Below, piece after piece: positions 33,401 through 36,201 of a DNA stretch of 36,201 nucleotides (position 1 is its first letter; each line of letters opens with the position of its first letter). Made by a program: the position numbers and the translations under genes. This DNA is from an uncultured Planctomycetia bacterium. Its GTDB lineage: Bacteria; Planctomycetota; UBA8108; UBA8890; UBA8898. The notes below the pieces were generated by a model. That model had not been told where the DNA came from. It worked only from the letters and a program-made list of their open reading frames with translations, and did no database searches. Location: positions 1 to 36,201 of the forward strand of contig CAZGYL010000001.1 in assembly GCA_964529985.1 (NCBI GenBank), written 5' to 3'.

Positions 33401-36201
33401 TCAATCAAAAAAGGGAAGGTCTTTAACGCAGCCTTGAAGCAGGATCGTAGCTTCTGTGAGTTTGCGGCGCACTTCAGGATCGTCGTGCATTTTGAGGTAT
33501 CGGGCAAGCGCGGTGCGGGCCCGCTTGAAATGCAGAAGTGCGGTTTTGATCTCGGACCGAACCCCTCCCGATCCCGGAAGGGAGCGCCTCCTGTGACGCT
33601 TGCCGGCTTCAAGGTGTCGGAGTCCTGTTTTGAGAAGCTCAGCAGGATCGGATGGCAGGGGGCCTTCCAAAGGAGGCTCACCGGCTGAGATTGAACCTGA
33701 CTGGGGTGGAGACGCCGGCTCAGGCGCGCCGCCTCCCAGCCGTTGCGGACCGAGCGGGGAAGGCTTGCCTCCGGTACTTGAAGCTTCAGCCTCCTGACGG
33801 CCTTTTTCCGGCGGAGGCACCTGCGCCACCGCAGTGGGAGCTTCGCCCGGCAGCCCCAGGTCTTTGCGTAACGCCAGCAGTCTTTCTGACTCTTCGGGCA
33901 AAAACGTCCCGGCGATCCACGGGAAGCCTTCCGAGGCCACGAGCTCGCGGAGTAACTTTGTCGTTTCTTCGACAAGCCCGAGGCGCTTTGCAAGAAGCAG
34001 GGCCGAAAGAAGTTCACTTGCTTTGAGGCGGCCCCGGGCTCTGAGAGCGCGCTGCATTCGATCCGAAAGCAGTTTTTCAAGGTTGCTTTTCCACAGGGCC
34101 GCAGGGAGCTTCTCCTCGCCTCGCACCGCTGAAGCCGGAACGGTAAATACCGTGCCATCAGCCCCCTGTACGGTTACCCCCTTCGGGCTGCGTTCCAGAA
34201 TAAGAACGGTCCGGGTCGTTTCTTCCCCCTTCGGATTGCGGATCGTAAGTTTGGAGAGCTCCTTGGCCTTGAGGAAGGGGGAGAGCGGCACTCCATCAAG
34301 AAGAATCTTTCCTATTTCAACCAGAGCCAAATAGCGCTTGAGCGCCGCCCGTTTCTTCCGGTCCCGTTCCGTGGCAAGAAGCATCCTCAGGTGAAGCGCG
34401 GCTTCCCCGAAGGCCAACCTCTTGAGAGCTTCTTTGTAACCGGCGAGGGGCGAGGAGGCGACCACACCGTGCGTTTCGGTTTCAGCGGCAAGAGATCCCG
34501 CGGCCAGGAAGCCTTCGGGTTTGGGCGAAACGACCATGACGGCCCGCGCGAACGAGGCGGTAGCCTCTTTGGGTCCGTTTGGAGCGAATACGACCGTCGT
34601 TTCATCGGCGTAGACCGCAAAGCCGCACGCCCTGGCTGCCTCGAGAAGAACGCGGCCCAAGCTGCAGCCTTCCGAAATAAGGTTGATTCTACGTCCAGGC
34701 GCTATACCTTGGAGCCGTATCTTCACACCGAAAAGTGTTTTCACGATCGAGATAAGTTCGCTGAGCCGAGCGTCTCTGAGCGCGAGGTGAAAAGGCCGGC
34801 CCAGTACTTTTACAAGCGGCGCAAGCGATGCAGGGTAAAGGGGCTCGAGGTACCAAACTTCAAAAAACGACGAAGGAATACGCGAGGGATTGCGCAGCAA
34901 TCTTCCGGCGAGTCGATAGCGCCACTTTGCAGCCGCATTGTAGAGAGCTTCGGCCGTCCTGTGCGGATAGAGCTCGGGAAGTCTGCCGATGTGTTTTTTC
35001 CATGACCCCCTGTCCAAACGGCTTAAAGTTTTAAGGGCTTCAGGCCGCCAGGCGAATGCAATGAGCCGGGCGGGGGAGACCTCGCTGAGCACCGCGACGC
35101 TGAAATCGCTCAGTTGTTTTGTGCCCTTTATTGTAGCCGTGGTTACGGTGAAAACTCCGGCGTAGTGTTCCGGAAAGGCTGCGATCTCGAGGAGCGATTT
35201 GCCGGAGCGGCCCAGGAGGTCTTCGGAGCGCGGAGCCCTGTAAAGCGGTTTTCGGACGCATCTGAACAGATCAAATCTTGCGGCTGCAAGCGCGAAGCGA
35301 CATGCGTAGGAGATAAGAAAGGCCATGCGAAGTTCGGGCCTGCTTGCCGCCGCATTATACCTGCGGATCGCCTCATTGAGCGGGGTACGCGGGAGCGGCA
35401 CAGAAGGGATTACATCCCAGAAAATCCGCATTTCCTTCCAAGGCGGCTCAACCCGTGCGAGCTGAAGGAGCTCAGGCTGCGAAAGATCGAGCAGCGCTTT
35501 TGTTATCTCGGCGGTCGCTTGGCGAAGGCCGAGGCGGTGCATCCTCGGTGAAGTCAGAGTCTGCATGAGGACTTCTCTGATTCTGCTTCCTGCAGGGTCG
35601 GCGATCAGACAGGCAAGGCCGCCGCACGTCGGGCAGGGAACCACCGACCAGCCCCGGCACTTCGGGCAACGGCTCTTTCCGCCGCAAGATGCCGGGCAGG
35701 GCACGACGCCGGGAAATTCCGCTTCTCCGCAGTCCGGGCAGCGCGGGTACGGGCCTTCTCGCTCCAAGCCTTCGCGCCTGCGGAAAGCGTCTTCCAGAGC
35801 CTGCTGGCATTTCCCTGCTTCCCGGAGGAGTCGTGCCTCGGCCTCAGGATCCCCGCCTGCTTCCCGAAGTATGCGAAGGGCTTCGCGGTACTTCTTCTTT
35901 GCCTCAGACCAAAGGCCTTCCTGAGCCGCTTCCTGTGCTTCTTCAGCCAAAGCCCTCGCGCGCTTTATCGAAAGAGTTTCAGCCTGTTCGAGCAAGCGGG
36001 CGGCTTCCTTATGGCCGTAAGCCGAAACCAACTCGTGAAGCCGGCGCAGGGCGCGCTGAGTTTTTCCCGCTTCAAGCTCCAAGCGGGCAAGCCTGAAGGC
36101 AGCTTCGCTGTAAGAATCACTTTTACCGAGCTCAACCACTCGGCGATAACAAGTGCGGGCCCAAAGCCGGTGGCCGTTTTTTTCACACCATTTCCCAAGC
36201 C
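33401..36201 (-). CDS. Large TPR / DnaJ-like zinc-ribbon / unknown-domain protein; the reading frame is still open at the window edge (5'-partial possible)
   Basis: ORF 33401..36139 starts at GTG. The same frame has no stop from 36140 to 36201 (LGKWCEKNGHRLWARTCYRR...). Helical TPR-like N-terminus. Cys cluster CPDCGEAEFPGVVPCPASCGGKSRCPKCRGWSVVPCPTCGG (nt 35612-35740). A Pro/Ser/Gly-rich linker lies near the C-terminus. Confidence 0.7.
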   Translation of the reverse strand, partial: LGKWCEKNGHRLWARTCYRRVVELGKSDSYSEAAFRLARLELEAGKTQRALRRLHELVSAYGHKEAARLLEQAETLSIKRARALAEEAQEAAQEGLWSEAKKKYREALRILREAGGDPEAEARLLREAGKCQQALEDAFRRREGLEREGPYPRCPDCGEAEFPGVVPCPASCGGKSRCPKCRGWSVVPCPTCGGLACLIADPAGSRIREVLMQTLTSPRMHRLGLRQATAEITKALLDLSQPELLQLARVEPPWKEMRIFWDVIPSVPLPRTPLNEAIRRYNAAASRPELRMAFLISYACRFALAAARFDLFRCVRKPLYRAPRSEDLLGRSGKSLLEIAAFPEHYAGVFTVTTATIKGTKQLSDFSVAVLSEVSPARLIAFAWRPEALKTLSRLDRGSWKKHIGRLPELYPHRTAEALYNAAAKWRYRLAGRLLRNPSRIPSSFFEVWYLEPLYPASLAPLVKVLGRPFHLALRDARLSELISIVKTLFGVKIRLQGIAPGRRINLISEGCSLGRVLLEAARACGFAVYADETTVVFAPNGPKEATASFARAVMVVSPKPEGFLAAGSLAAETETHGVVASSPLAGYKEALKRLAFGEAALHLRMLLATERDRKKRAALKRYLALVEIGKILLDGVPLSPFLKAKELSKLTIRNPKGEETTRTVLILERSPKGVTVQGADGTVFTVPASAVRGEEKLPAALWKSNLEKLLSDRMQRALRARGRLKASELLSALLLAKRLGLVEETTKLLRELVASEGFPWIAGTFLPEESERLLALRKDLGLPGEAPTAVAQVPPPEKGRQEAEASSTGGKPSPLGPQRLGGGAPEPASPPQSGSISAGEPPLEGPLPSDPAELLKTGLRHLEAGKRHRRRSLPGSGGVRSEIKTALLHFKRARTALARYLKMHDDPEVRRKLTEATILLQGCVKDLPFFD

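Noticed and set aside
1-36201. CRISPR arrays, transposases, integrases, IS inverted repeats, prophage or toxin-antitoxin/defence gene signatures.
   Set aside because: No spaced direct-repeat arrays were found, and none of the translated ORFs shows DDE/tyrosine-recombinase, nuclease-helicase or other defence-type motifs.

Overview
About 60% GC bacterial chromosomal DNA, densely coding, with no rRNA, tRNA, CRISPR array or mobile element that I can see. The protein repertoire (PKD/dockerin, carboxypeptidase-regulatory-like beta-sandwich repeats, a TM-extended ECF sigma, REC-HDOD, BNR/Asp-box) suggests an uncultivated PVC/Planctomycete-like or similar lineage; this is inference only. Gene order: (1) a PKD/dockerin fragment followed by a five-gene YejABEF/Opp-type peptide ABC importer (+, 460-7274). 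(2) A 15-kb run of genes all on the minus strand (22177 down to 7283): BNR-repeat protein, SHOCT lipoprotein, FGGY sugar kinase, a four-gene operon of unrecognisable membrane proteins, an ECF sigma factor fused through a TM helix to a large beta-sandwich ectodomain, a small Cys/Trp-rich secreted protein, a sigma-less paralogue of that ectodomain, then a structured non-coding element ending in an intrinsic terminator directly in front of a REC-HDOD regulator. (3) A metallophosphoesterase and an Nramp-like transporter with a non-canonical site. (4) A glycan-biosynthesis cluster: PHP phosphoesterase, GT4, DegT aminotransferase, polyprenyl-P sugar phosphotransferase, GT-C enzyme, and a reversed-order HldE-like fusion with a degenerate kinase half. 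(5) A second metallophosphoesterase placed 6 nt after a >912-aa TPR/zinc-ribbon protein that runs off the window. The best candidates for undescribed biology are the membrane-tethered ECF sigma / Cys-rich protein / ectodomain-paralogue module with its downstream ECF-type promoter and structured RNA, and the duplicated two-gene membrane module at 14395-17676. All calls come from reading the ORF translations and the DNA; no database search was run.
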